A DNA stretch of 64,000 nt from Candidatus Bathyarchaeota archaeon (GTDB taxonomy: Archaea; Thermoproteota; Bathyarchaeia; Bathyarchaeales; Bathycorpusculaceae), in NCBI GenBank assembly GCA_963833575.1, contig CAWHXY010000006.1, positions 32,001-96,000 of the forward strand, given 5' to 3'. Made by a program: the position numbers and the translations under genes. How positions within the stretch are numbered: the stretch's first letter is position 1; the number at the start of each line of letters is the position of its first letter. This document shows, in pieces, positions 49,209-57,532 of the stretch. A model generated the notes under the pieces. The model saw only the letters and a list, made by a program, of their open reading frames with translations. It did not search any database and was not told the DNA's origin.

Positions 49209-49949
49209 GTGAGCTTAGTCCTAATCTTTCTATTGCTAACAGTTGCAAGTTCTTTTTCACTATTAGCAAATGCTCAAACAGCTACTTCCATACCGTCTAC
49301 ACCTACATTATCAGTTCCAGAATTCACCATTAACTTTGTTAATTTTTCCTATTTTACTCCACCAATTGCCTCCTTCAATCCTTATACAGGAAAAAATGTT
49401 GTACAATCAGGCTATTATGTCGAAAATGACAGTATAGAGTTGATAATTAAAAATCAGCCGTTTATTTCCTATATCTCAAATGGTCAAAATATTTCACTAT
49501 ACTATAATGTCCGCTTCAAAATGCTTAACTCTGAAAACTGGATAAACATATTTAATGGAGCACCATACCCACCCCAATCAAACGCAAACTTCACGGCACA
49601 TGACTTCTTTGGGTCAAATTACACTTACCAAATCGGCAAACAACAGATGAGTCTTTTCCCCAATGATTCAGTTGATTTTCAAGTTCAAGCCCAAGCAGGA
49701 TACTTCAAGTTAGAACCCTATATGGTCGCAGGAAACACCTCACCGATGGGATTCATCGATGCTTTTACTGCTGTAATATCAAGCGGTTGGAGCAACACAC
49801 AAACAGCAACCATACCTTCAAGTTTTGGTACTTCAAATCTCATAATTCCAGAATTATCATGGCTGATAATTTTGCCAATGTTTATCTTCATGCTCTCTGT
49901 TGCAATTGTACTAAGGTATCAAAAAACATTAAGTTCTAAAATCTTTTAA
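49209..49949 (+). CDS. secreted protein, paralog of 48394-49095, PEF-like signal
   Basis: SVPEF, NQPFISY, VDFQVQA, SSGWSNTQT, IPEL + TM. Confidence 0.75.
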   Translation: MSLVLIFLLLTVASSFSLLANAQTATSIPSTPTLSVPEFTINFVNFSYFTPPIASFNPYTGKNVVQSGYYVENDSIELIIKNQPFISYISNGQNISLYYNVRFKMLNSENWINIFNGAPYPPQSNANFTAHDFFGSNYTYQIGKQQMSLFPNDSVDFQVQAQAGYFKLEPYMVAGNTSPMGFIDAFTAVISSGWSNTQTATIPSSFGTSNLIIPELSWLIILPMFIFMLSVAIVLRYQKTLSSKIF

Positions 49950-49968
49950 GCGTTGTAGCTTATGAAAG

Positions 49969-50259
49969 GTGACCAGAATGACGATAATTATCAAGATTGG
50001 TAGACCCACTATACAGATTTTTTGGGCAATAATTGCTTTATTAGGTGTTGTTTTAATAAGTTCTGGATTTTTCAATGCCATTAATGGGTTAACTAATTTT
50101 GGCAGCATAACTTTAGCTAACACGGGGGCTCTTTCACATGTAAGCGGTGGCATTGTCATATTTATTCTTGGGTTGGTAGTCGTAGCGGCAGGTTATCTTG
50201 GAATTCGAGGAAGAATAATAATAACTACGAGCGAAGACACAAAACAGAACCCTTCTTAG
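49969..50259 (+). CDS. small membrane protein (2 TM)
   Basis: two hydrophobic helices. Confidence 0.5.
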   Translation: MTRMTIIIKIGRPTIQIFWAIIALLGVVLISSGFFNAINGLTNFGSITLANTGALSHVSGGIVIFILGLVVVAAGYLGIRGRIIITTSEDTKQNPS

Positions 50260-50263
50260 AACT

Positions 50264-50310
50264 AAAAAAAGGGAAATGCGGATGATGTTTCCACGGGAGA
50301 GAGGGTTCAA
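50264..50310 (+). repeat. dispersed ~40-bp repeat, copy 4
   Basis: aaaaaaagggaaatgcggatgatgtttccacgggagagagggttcaa. Confidence 0.65.
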
Positions 50311-50641
50311 GTCTTACCTATGTAATGAGAAATAGTTGTTAAAAACTTCTCCATAAGGTACACAAGTACCTACAGAGCGATACCGAGGTACCTCAATAAT
50401 GGAAGTCACGAATAATCCATTACAAAAGCGCCAACAGGATTTCAAACTAATCTTGTAAATCCTTAAAAAATACGGCTAAACTAAAATCTAAACGAATACC
50501 TGAATAAACCCTAAATCAAAAATGCAATCTGAATCGCAAAGTAAGAATTGGCCAGAAATGCTATCAATAACAACTTCTGTCCAAGGCAACAAGATCTAAT
50601 TTTAATAGCTAGAAATTAGTATTTGTTTTGAGCGAAAAAAT

Positions 50642-52411
50642 ATGGATTACGATGTTATCGCTGAAGCTTACGAGAAAATTGAGGCAACAACGAAACGCTT
50701 AGAAATGACAGATTTACTTGTTGAGTTGCTGAAAAAAACGCCTAAAGACGTCATTGCAAAGGTTGTTTATTTAACTCAGGGCAAATTGTACCCAGATTTC
50801 ATGGGTGTGGAAATGGGCATAGCTGAAAAACTTGCGGTAAAAGCCCTAGCCCGAGCGTCTGGACAAAGCGAAAGCGTTATTCTAACTGAGCTGCAGAAAA
50901 GCGGGGACATCGGCGAAACATCAGAGAAACTTTTGATTAAACGCAAACAATCCACTTTCTTCACAAGAAAGCTCACGGTTGAGCATGTTTATGAGACTCT
51001 TGATAAGATGGCTAAAACCTCCGGTTCAGGCGCTGTAGACACGAAAATGGCGCTTCTCTGTAGCCTATTAACTGATGCGTCGCCTAAAGAGGCAAAATGG
51101 ATTATTCGCACCGTAACAGCCAACCTGCGGCTAGGCATCGCAGACATGACTGTCCTCGATGCATTAGCAATAGCGTATGCCGGTGGAAAAGAGGCTCGCG
51201 AACTCGTCGAACGTGCTTACAGCATTTCTTCTGATCTAGGCAGAGTTGCAGACGTAGTTGTCGAGAAAGGTTTGGAAGGAATTAAAAAGTTTCAAGTCAT
51301 AGTTTTTGAGCCTATAAGACCAATGCTTGCAGAACGGTTAGCTTCGCCAGAGGAGATTTTAGAGAAATTCGGCGGCAAATGCGTAGCTGAATACAAATAC
51401 GATGGCGAACGGGTGCAGGCCCACAAAAAAGACGGCAAAGTGATGCTGTTTTCGAGGCGTTTAGAGAACATTTCCAGCCAATATCCTGACGCAGTTGACT
51501 TAATTAAAGAAAAATTTTCTGCGAAAGAATTGATCTTAGAAGCTGAATGCGTGGCGATGGATTTAGAAACGGGTGATATGCGCCCCTTCCAAGAGTTAAT
51601 GCATCGAAGACGCAAATATGGCATTGAAGACGCCATAGGACAATATCCCATCTCACTATTTCCATTTGACTTACTATATGTTGACGGTAAAGATCTGACT
51701 CTTGAACCTCTGCCTCTACGACGCAAAGCGCTAGAAAAGATAGTGCAGAAAAGTGACCGCGTAACTCCTGCAGTTCAAAAACTGGTTAAGAGTCCAAAGG
51801 AACTTGAGGATTTCTTTGAGGAAGCCATTGCGGAAGGCTGTGAGGGCTTGATGTGCAAATCCGTCGCTAAGGATTCAGTTTACCAGGCGGGAAGTCGAGG
51901 TTGGCTTTGGATAAAATATAAGCGTGATTATAAAAGCGAAATGACTGATACCGTGGATCTTGTGGTTGTTGGAGCGTTCCATGGTAGAGGAAAACGTGTG
52001 GGAGCATATGGGGCTTTACTTTTAGCTACTTACAACGATGAAAAAGACACCTTTGAAACCGTAACTAAATGTGGCACAGGCTTCACAGATAAAGACCTTG
52101 CAACTCTGCACGAAACGCTTCAGAAACACATTATTCCCAAAAAGAACTCCCGTGTCGTATCAATGTTAGAAGCGGATGTTTGGTTTGAACCCAGCTTGGT
52201 GCTTGATATTTTAGGCGCCGAAATCACCCTAAGCCCTATTCACGCATGCGCCATGGATTCCATACGCAAAGGAGCCGGATTGGCGATCCGTTTTCCACGT
52301 TTCACAGGCAAATACCGAACCGACAAAAGCGCAGAAGACGCGACCACTTCAAAAGAAATCGTAGAAATGTACCAAGGACAACTCAAAAAAATTAGCACAG
52401 AATCAGCATGA
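50642..52411 (+). CDS. lig: ATP-dependent DNA ligase
   Basis: EYKYDGER, EGLMCK, WIKYKRDY, RFPRF...R.DK. Confidence 0.96.
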   Translation: MDYDVIAEAYEKIEATTKRLEMTDLLVELLKKTPKDVIAKVVYLTQGKLYPDFMGVEMGIAEKLAVKALARASGQSESVILTELQKSGDIGETSEKLLIKRKQSTFFTRKLTVEHVYETLDKMAKTSGSGAVDTKMALLCSLLTDASPKEAKWIIRTVTANLRLGIADMTVLDALAIAYAGGKEARELVERAYSISSDLGRVADVVVEKGLEGIKKFQVIVFEPIRPMLAERLASPEEILEKFGGKCVAEYKYDGERVQAHKKDGKVMLFSRRLENISSQYPDAVDLIKEKFSAKELILEAECVAMDLETGDMRPFQELMHRRRKYGIEDAIGQYPISLFPFDLLYVDGKDLTLEPLPLRRKALEKIVQKSDRVTPAVQKLVKSPKELEDFFEEAIAEGCEGLMCKSVAKDSVYQAGSRGWLWIKYKRDYKSEMTDTVDLVVVGAFHGRGKRVGAYGALLLATYNDEKDTFETVTKCGTGFTDKDLATLHETLQKHIIPKKNSRVVSMLEADVWFEPSLVLDILGAEITLSPIHACAMDSIRKGAGLAIRFPRFTGKYRTDKSAEDATTSKEIVEMYQGQLKKISTESA

Positions 52412-52429
52412 GATAAAAACATTGAAGAC

Positions 52430-52512
52430 ATCGTGACATCATTTAAGCCGAAGCACACGTATTCTCTTTTCTTTAACTATGAGAAAATGTTTTCGTCAGC
52501 AAGAAACTTTAT
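52430..52512 (-). pseudogene. eroded DUF5615 PIN-toxin remnant
   Basis: IKFLADENIFS*LKKREYVCFGLND overlapping the DUF433 stop codon. Confidence 0.55.
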
Positions 52513-52742
52513 GGTAATGGATAGACCTTCTCTTCTTTGACCATCTCAGCAGCATGTTTCAGGACTGCCATTATGTCTTCATGCTGTAATTGAGGATAGT
52601 CCTCCAGAATACGTTCAGTAGTCCAACCATCAGCAAGAAGATCCAAAATAAACTCAACTGAAAGCCTAGTCCCTTTAATGACAGGTTTTCCAACTAAAAT
52701 TTTTGGGTCAGCAACAATTCTTTCTTGCCAATCATCCAGCAT
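52509..52742 (-). CDS. DUF433-domain antitoxin-like protein
   Basis: IVADPKILVGKPVIKGTRLSV...G...ILEDYPQL..EDI. Confidence 0.9.
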   Translation of the reverse strand: MLDDWQERIVADPKILVGKPVIKGTRLSVEFILDLLADGWTTERILEDYPQLQHEDIMAVLKHAAEMVKEEKVYPLP

Positions 52743-52883
52743 AGTTTTTTCAACCCGCCTCAACTTAAAACATGCAAGAATATTAAAACTTGTGTTTATT
52801 CATGGCTAAACTACTAGAAAAATCCGTTTCCTGTTTGGAAAAGCTAAAACTGATAAGCATCAACCGCTAAAATAAAGGCAGGC

Positions 52884-53501
52884 GTGAATGCTTTGGCTCA
52901 AGATACAGAAAAAATGAAATCTCTCATCGCTTTCAAAAAGCGAATGGAAGATCAACTGGAAAAATTATGCGCGGAAACTAAAGAGGTGCAGGCTGCGTTA
53001 GACACGGTTAACGGTATTTTACTTGACAAAGGCTTCAAGCGTGGAGACATCAAAGAAGTTCCTGAAGTAATTGTGGTCAAAGATGTTGTTTTGCCAAAGC
53101 AAGAGCCAGAAGCACCAAAACATGTTACTCAACCTATGCCTGAACCAGAAAGCGTCATACCTCTCAAAACCATGGCGGATGAACCCTTAGCATTAATTTA
53201 TTTTGAGAAACAGGCTATCCATGTTTTACCTGATGAAAGCAAAAACTTTACCGTCAACACGCCACCTTTTACTAATTTTCTTGTTGAAAAGGTATTGAAC
53301 AAAATGCAGGAAAAAGATGCTGAACTTGTTAGAGCAAAACAGTTAGCAGCTGATAAAATGTTCGCATACAACGTTATACGCGAAGGTGACTTGATAAGAG
53401 AAATAATAATTAAAAATGTTGATGAAGAACGGCTTAAAGAACTGAAATCGAGCATCCGCTGGACTTTTGAGAAAATGTATGAAAAAATGAAAGGCGCATA
53501 G
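52884..53501 (+). CDS. hypothetical protein
   Basis: 205 aa, N-terminal coiled coil, TPPF..FL, RWTFEKM. Confidence 0.7.
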   Translation: MNALAQDTEKMKSLIAFKKRMEDQLEKLCAETKEVQAALDTVNGILLDKGFKRGDIKEVPEVIVVKDVVLPKQEPEAPKHVTQPMPEPESVIPLKTMADEPLALIYFEKQAIHVLPDESKNFTVNTPPFTNFLVEKVLNKMQEKDAELVRAKQLAADKMFAYNVIREGDLIREIIIKNVDEERLKELKSSIRWTFEKMYEKMKGA

Positions 53502-53828
53502 CTACATTAAATGTTTCTGTATGGTATCAGCGATTTTGTTTTTTGCGCATAATCCTACGAGTCTTTCTGCTTCAGAACCATCTTTGAAGACTATCATTGT
53601 TGGGATGCTGAAAACTTGGAAGCGTTCAGCCGTTTTTGGGTTTTCGTCAACGTCAAGTTTGCCAATTAAGACTTTGCCGCTGTACTCTTTCGCCAATTCA
53701 ACAATTGTTGGCGCTAAAGCCCTGCAGGGTCCACACCAATTTGCCCAAAAATCAACGAAAACCAACTTGTTTTTCTTAACCGTATCTTCAAAATTTGCGT
53801 CTGTTACATGAAAAGGTTCAGCACTCAT
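53502..53828 (-). CDS. trxA: thioredoxin
   Basis: DFWANWCGPC, SIPT. Confidence 0.93.
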   Translation of the reverse strand: MSAEPFHVTDANFEDTVKKNKLVFVDFWANWCGPCRALAPTIVELAKEYSGKVLIGKLDVDENPKTAERFQVFSIPTMIVFKDGSEAERLVGLCAKNKIADTIQKHLM

Positions 53829-53981
53829 GAATAATTTCTCCAAATAAGTGATATTAAGTTAAAGATTTGTTTGATATAAAGTTTCTCAGGCAAAAAACGC
53901 CCGTAGGTAGCTTGTTTATGAAGTGGCTTGTTTGCTCCCTTCATGCAGCTGTTTTTTCTTTGCGCTTGCGGGTTTCAGAAA

Positions 53982-54413
53982 TTATCTGCAGGGTTTCATT
54001 TTTTCCAATAAAGCCTTGAAAATTGAATAGGCATCTTTGGGGTCAGATATGCCCTCAGCTGCCTTTTCAAACGGACACATATTGGTTTTAGTTAAATCTA
54101 AAACGTTATCCACTAGCTGCTTCCACTGGCAAGCTACATTATTTTCTTCGAAAAGGGCTTGGGCTTTCTTGCTTAGAACATCTGCGTATACCTCATTTAT
54201 CTCAGCGTAAACGCATAAGAGCGCCAAGGCTTTTCCAGCTACTCGATCCGCCACTGAAGCACCATTCAGTTGAGTGCCTAATGTGTCAATTGCATATATG
54301 AAACCAGAGATTCTGTGAGAATCGGTTTGAAATATTATTTGACCGTTTTTAGCTATGGCAAGAGTTAATTCTTTGTCATTTAGTTGTTTTTTTGCTATTT
54401 CAAGGTCCTGCAT
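53982..54413 (-). CDS. DUF1893 (TM1506-like) protein
   Basis: ADRVAGKA.A, VYADVLS..A, MCPFE. Confidence 0.8.
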   Translation of the reverse strand: MQDLEIAKKQLNDKELTLAIAKNGQIIFQTDSHRISGFIYAIDTLGTQLNGASVADRVAGKALALLCVYAEINEVYADVLSKKAQALFEENNVACQWKQLVDNVLDLTKTNMCPFEKAAEGISDPKDAYSIFKALLEKMKPCR

Positions 54414-54476
54414 GATTCTTCATTAAATTCAACGCTGGGACGCTAAAAACATTATTGGTTTAGCACCAAATATCCA

Positions 54477-54914
54477 CTATTCAATATTAATTGCGAAGAG
54501 TTTGTTCTCAGACAGCCCCGCTATCCCCCAAGCATGCGCCTCATCCAGCTGATTTTGTAAATGCCATTGTTTCAATTGTTCGCTGAATTGCTTTGTGAGT
54601 TTTATTTTGACTATCTTTGAGTCATTTTCTTTTGTGAAAGTTGCTTGAATGGATTTTGCGTTTTTGATGCTGAGTCTTTGGTTGCCGATGGTGCATGTTG
54701 TAGAAACTTGAATGCCGTCAAGCAAGCAGGAGAACGGAGGATAAAGTGGAACCGCTACCTCCGCTCTAAGGTGCGTTGATTCTATTTCAGAAATGTTCAG
54801 AGCTTTTTTAGCCGCAGCACCCATTTTTAAACCGATAACTAAGTACGGTCCTATGTGTCCGTGAAGTTTGCGAGCGAATTCTATTGTTGCTTTGAGGTCA
54901 TTTGATTCTGTCAT
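54477..54914 (-). CDS. FmdE-family metal-binding protein
   Basis: LHGHIGP...IG, CLLDGIQVSTTCTIGN. Confidence 0.85.
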   Translation of the reverse strand: MTESNDLKATIEFARKLHGHIGPYLVIGLKMGAAAKKALNISEIESTHLRAEVAVPLYPPFSCLLDGIQVSTTCTIGNQRLSIKNAKSIQATFTKENDSKIVKIKLTKQFSEQLKQWHLQNQLDEAHAWGIAGLSENKLFAINIE

Positions 54915-54930
54915 TTTCTTCGGCTTCAAG

Positions 54931-56007
54931 TTAAGCGCTGGTGTCTATTTTAGGTTGTTGGTTTTGATTAAATGGGTCCAGTTTATTGTATTTTTTGTAA
55001 TTCCAGTATCCGAAAGAAGCCAGCCACGATATTATGAAAATGCCAATTATTCCGAAACCAATCATTTCAAAATTGAGAGCCTGTAGCCAACTCCAGAACA
55101 ACCCGGTAAGGTTCAGTTCGCTTGAAAGCACTTGCAACAGCTCTATAGTGCCGATTGCCCATGCAACAAGCACGGATATGACTGTGACGGTGAGGTTATA
55201 GTATATCTTTCGCACAGGGTTAAGGAAAGCCCAGCCGTAAGCTACTCGCATAGCAACCCCATCTGCAGTGTCAACAGTAACCATGCCACAAGTGAATAAT
55301 AAAGGAAGAACAAGAACATAATAAAGAGGAATGCTAGTGGAAACGCCAATACCTACACTAATAGCGATCAAGGCAATTTCGCTTGCAGTGTCAAATCCCA
55401 AACCAAAGAGCACACCAACCGGGTAGATATGCCAAGGTTTGTTTATGACTTTGAAGAGTGGGCGGAAGAAGTGGTTCATAAATCCACGATTTTCGAGAAG
55501 ATGATCTAGTTCACCTTGATTTAATTTGCCCTGCTTTAAAGTTTGGAAAATCTTGTACAAGCCAATAACTATCACGGCGTTTATGAACCCAATTATCCAA
55601 AGAAAGCTTCCTGAAACAAGAGTACCTACTACGGCACCGGCACTTTGCAGAGCAGGAATATTTGTCGCAACTGCGCGTGTTGCAAAGATTAAGCCGACAA
55701 TGAGGGCAACCACAACTGTGGAGTGCCCAAGAGAGAACCACAATCCAACGGTATAGGGACGCTTGCCTTCCTGCATTAGCTTTCTTGTCGTGTTATCGAT
55801 GGCTGCTATATGGTCAGCATCCACACCGTGGCGTAAACCAAAAACGTAAGCGACTATGCCCAAACCGCCTAATACAACGGCGATTTTTCCTATGATAAAG
55901 GCTGCGGAGAAACCGACTGCAGTGACGATTATGAGTGTTGTGAAGATGATGGCGATTTGTATTTTTTCGTTGCGTGAAAGACTGAAGGCACCAGGTTTTG
56001 CCGTCAT
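54931..56007 (-). CDS. NiCoT-family (HoxN/HupN/NixA) nickel/cobalt transporter
   Basis: GLRHGVDADHIAAIDN, FSLGHSTVV, LFGLGFDTASE. Confidence 0.93.
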   Translation of the reverse strand: MTAKPGAFSLSRNEKIQIAIIFTTLIIVTAVGFSAAFIIGKIAVVLGGLGIVAYVFGLRHGVDADHIAAIDNTTRKLMQEGKRPYTVGLWFSLGHSTVVVALIVGLIFATRAVATNIPALQSAGAVVGTLVSGSFLWIIGFINAVIVIGLYKIFQTLKQGKLNQGELDHLLENRGFMNHFFRPLFKVINKPWHIYPVGVLFGLGFDTASEIALIAISVGIGVSTSIPLYYVLVLPLLFTCGMVTVDTADGVAMRVAYGWAFLNPVRKIYYNLTVTVISVLVAWAIGTIELLQVLSSELNLTGLFWSWLQALNFEMIGFGIIGIFIISWLASFGYWNYKKYNKLDPFNQNQQPKIDTSA

Positions 56008-56009
56008 GC

Positions 56010-56037
56010 GTAACACTCTTTTTGGTTTTAGTGTTAC
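56010..56037. promoter_or_regulatory. putative NikR operator
   Basis: GTAACACT-N12-AGTGTTAC, 28 bp, between the TATA-like box and the NiCoT ATG. Confidence 0.7.
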
Positions 56038-56088
56038 TAAGGATATAAAAGCTTTTAGGCACAACACTCATTTTTTACTTGATCATAA

Positions 56089-56496
56089 ATGTCAAAAATC
56101 GTTCGAGTAGGCATAACGTTCCCACCTGAACTCCTCAAAGACTTTGACGAAATAACAGGCAAAATGGGCTACGAAAGCCGCAGCAAAGCCATACAAGACG
56201 CCGTGACACTTTTTGTTTCCGAGCGAAAATGGATCAAACAAGAAAACACCATCCAAACAGGCGTAATTCTAATGGTTTACGACCATGACGCAAAGGGACT
56301 GGAAAGCGAACTAACAGAAACTCAGCACGAACACTCCTCAATCATCACCTCAACCCTCCACATCCACATAAGCGAACGAGACTGCCTAGAAGCCATAGCT
56401 GTTAAGGGCAAAGCCTCAGAAATACATCATTTAAGCGACGAACTTACAACCAGAAAAGGAGTAAAAATCGTCAAAACCACAATCGTGACCGTTTAA
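56089..56496 (+). CDS. nikR: nickel-responsive regulator NikR
   Basis: RVGITF..ELL..FD...GY.SRSKAI, YDH, TQH, HIH...CLE. Confidence 0.92.
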   Translation: MSKIVRVGITFPPELLKDFDEITGKMGYESRSKAIQDAVTLFVSERKWIKQENTIQTGVILMVYDHDAKGLESELTETQHEHSSIITSTLHIHISERDCLEAIAVKGKASEIHHLSDELTTRKGVKIVKTTIVTV

Positions 56497-57398
56497 ACCT
56501 CAAACATTCGTTCTAATGAGGCGCGAGCCTTCTTCGCAACTGCTTCAGGAACTTTAACAACATTCTTTTCTTCTTTTAGCGCAGTATAGAGTCTATCAAG
56601 CGTCGTGAGCTTCATATTTGGGCATATTGCCCCTTCGTAAGCTAAGTAGAAGTTTTTATCTGGGTTCTCTTTGCGTAAGCGGTGTAGGATGCCTTCTTCA
56701 GTGCCAACTATGAAGTTTTTAGCGTCAGATTCTTTGGCAAAGCGGCACATTTTTGATGTGCTGCCCACGTAGTCAGCTACTTTTCGCATTTCGGTGCTGC
56801 ATTCAGGATGAACCATGACTGTAGCGTCAGGATGCTCCATTTTTAGGACCATTACGTCTTCGGGCTGGAAAAGCAGGTGTGTTGGGCAGAACCCGTTTTC
56901 AGGAATTGGAATTAGTGTTTTGCCTGTTTTTGCGCTAACATATTCTGCAAGGTTCTTGTCTGGACCAAACAGGATAGTTTCTGCATCAAGAGAATTGATT
57001 ACCTCTACAGCGTTTGCGCTTGTACAACAAACGTCACAGTGGGCTTTGCATGAAGCCAAGGTGTTAACGTACAAAACTACTGGAGCGCCTGGGTACTGGG
57101 CTTTAGCCCGTTTTATTTCGTCAACCGTGAGCATCTGAGCCATGGGGCATCTTGCGCCTAAGCATGGCAAAAGCACCTTTTTGTCTGGGTTGAGTATTGC
57201 GGCTGATTCAGCCATGAAATCTACCGCTGAAAACACGATTATCTCAGCGTCTTTTTCCTGTGCTGCTTTGCGGCTTAGCTCTATGCTATCGCCGACGTAG
57301 TCAGCTATGTCCTGGATTTCTGACCGCTGGTAATTATGAGCTAAGATTAAGGCTTTTTTTTCTTTTTTGAGTCTGAGAATTTTTTGGGCTAAATCCAT
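56493..57398 (-). CDS. nadA: quinolinate synthase
   Basis: LAHNYQ, GDS..L, FMAE, CPMA, YVNT, HPEC, GST, CPNMK. Confidence 0.95.
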   Translation of the reverse strand: MDLAQKILRLKKEKKALILAHNYQRSEIQDIADYVGDSIELSRKAAQEKDAEIIVFSAVDFMAESAAILNPDKKVLLPCLGARCPMAQMLTVDEIKRAKAQYPGAPVVLYVNTLASCKAHCDVCCTSANAVEVINSLDAETILFGPDKNLAEYVSAKTGKTLIPIPENGFCPTHLLFQPEDVMVLKMEHPDATVMVHPECSTEMRKVADYVGSTSKMCRFAKESDAKNFIVGTEEGILHRLRKENPDKNFYLAYEGAICPNMKLTTLDRLYTALKEEKNVVKVPEAVAKKARASLERMFEV

Positions 57399-57532
57399 AT
57401 TTTCGCCAAGTACGCCTTAAGTTGAAAATTAAAGAGGACAAGTCAAGAGATATATGCTTTTACCCTAATACGTAAAGTTTCACCCTTAAGAATGGGAAAT
57501 ATAAAGGCGAGAAGCATATCTTTGGCGCTAAC

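Noticed and set aside
42846-50310. CRISPR array or classical integron
   Set aside because: Repeats are degenerate and 0.5-5.4 kb apart; no attC end motifs, and no cas or integrase gene in the window
50285-50320. tRNA fragment (GGGTTCAAGTC resembles a T loop)
   Set aside because: No matching T stem or acceptor arm; does not match the tRNA-Asp in the window
50356-50395. Short palindromes AGGTAC-acaa-GTACCT and GAGGTACCTC
   Set aside because: Single short occurrences; no supporting copies found
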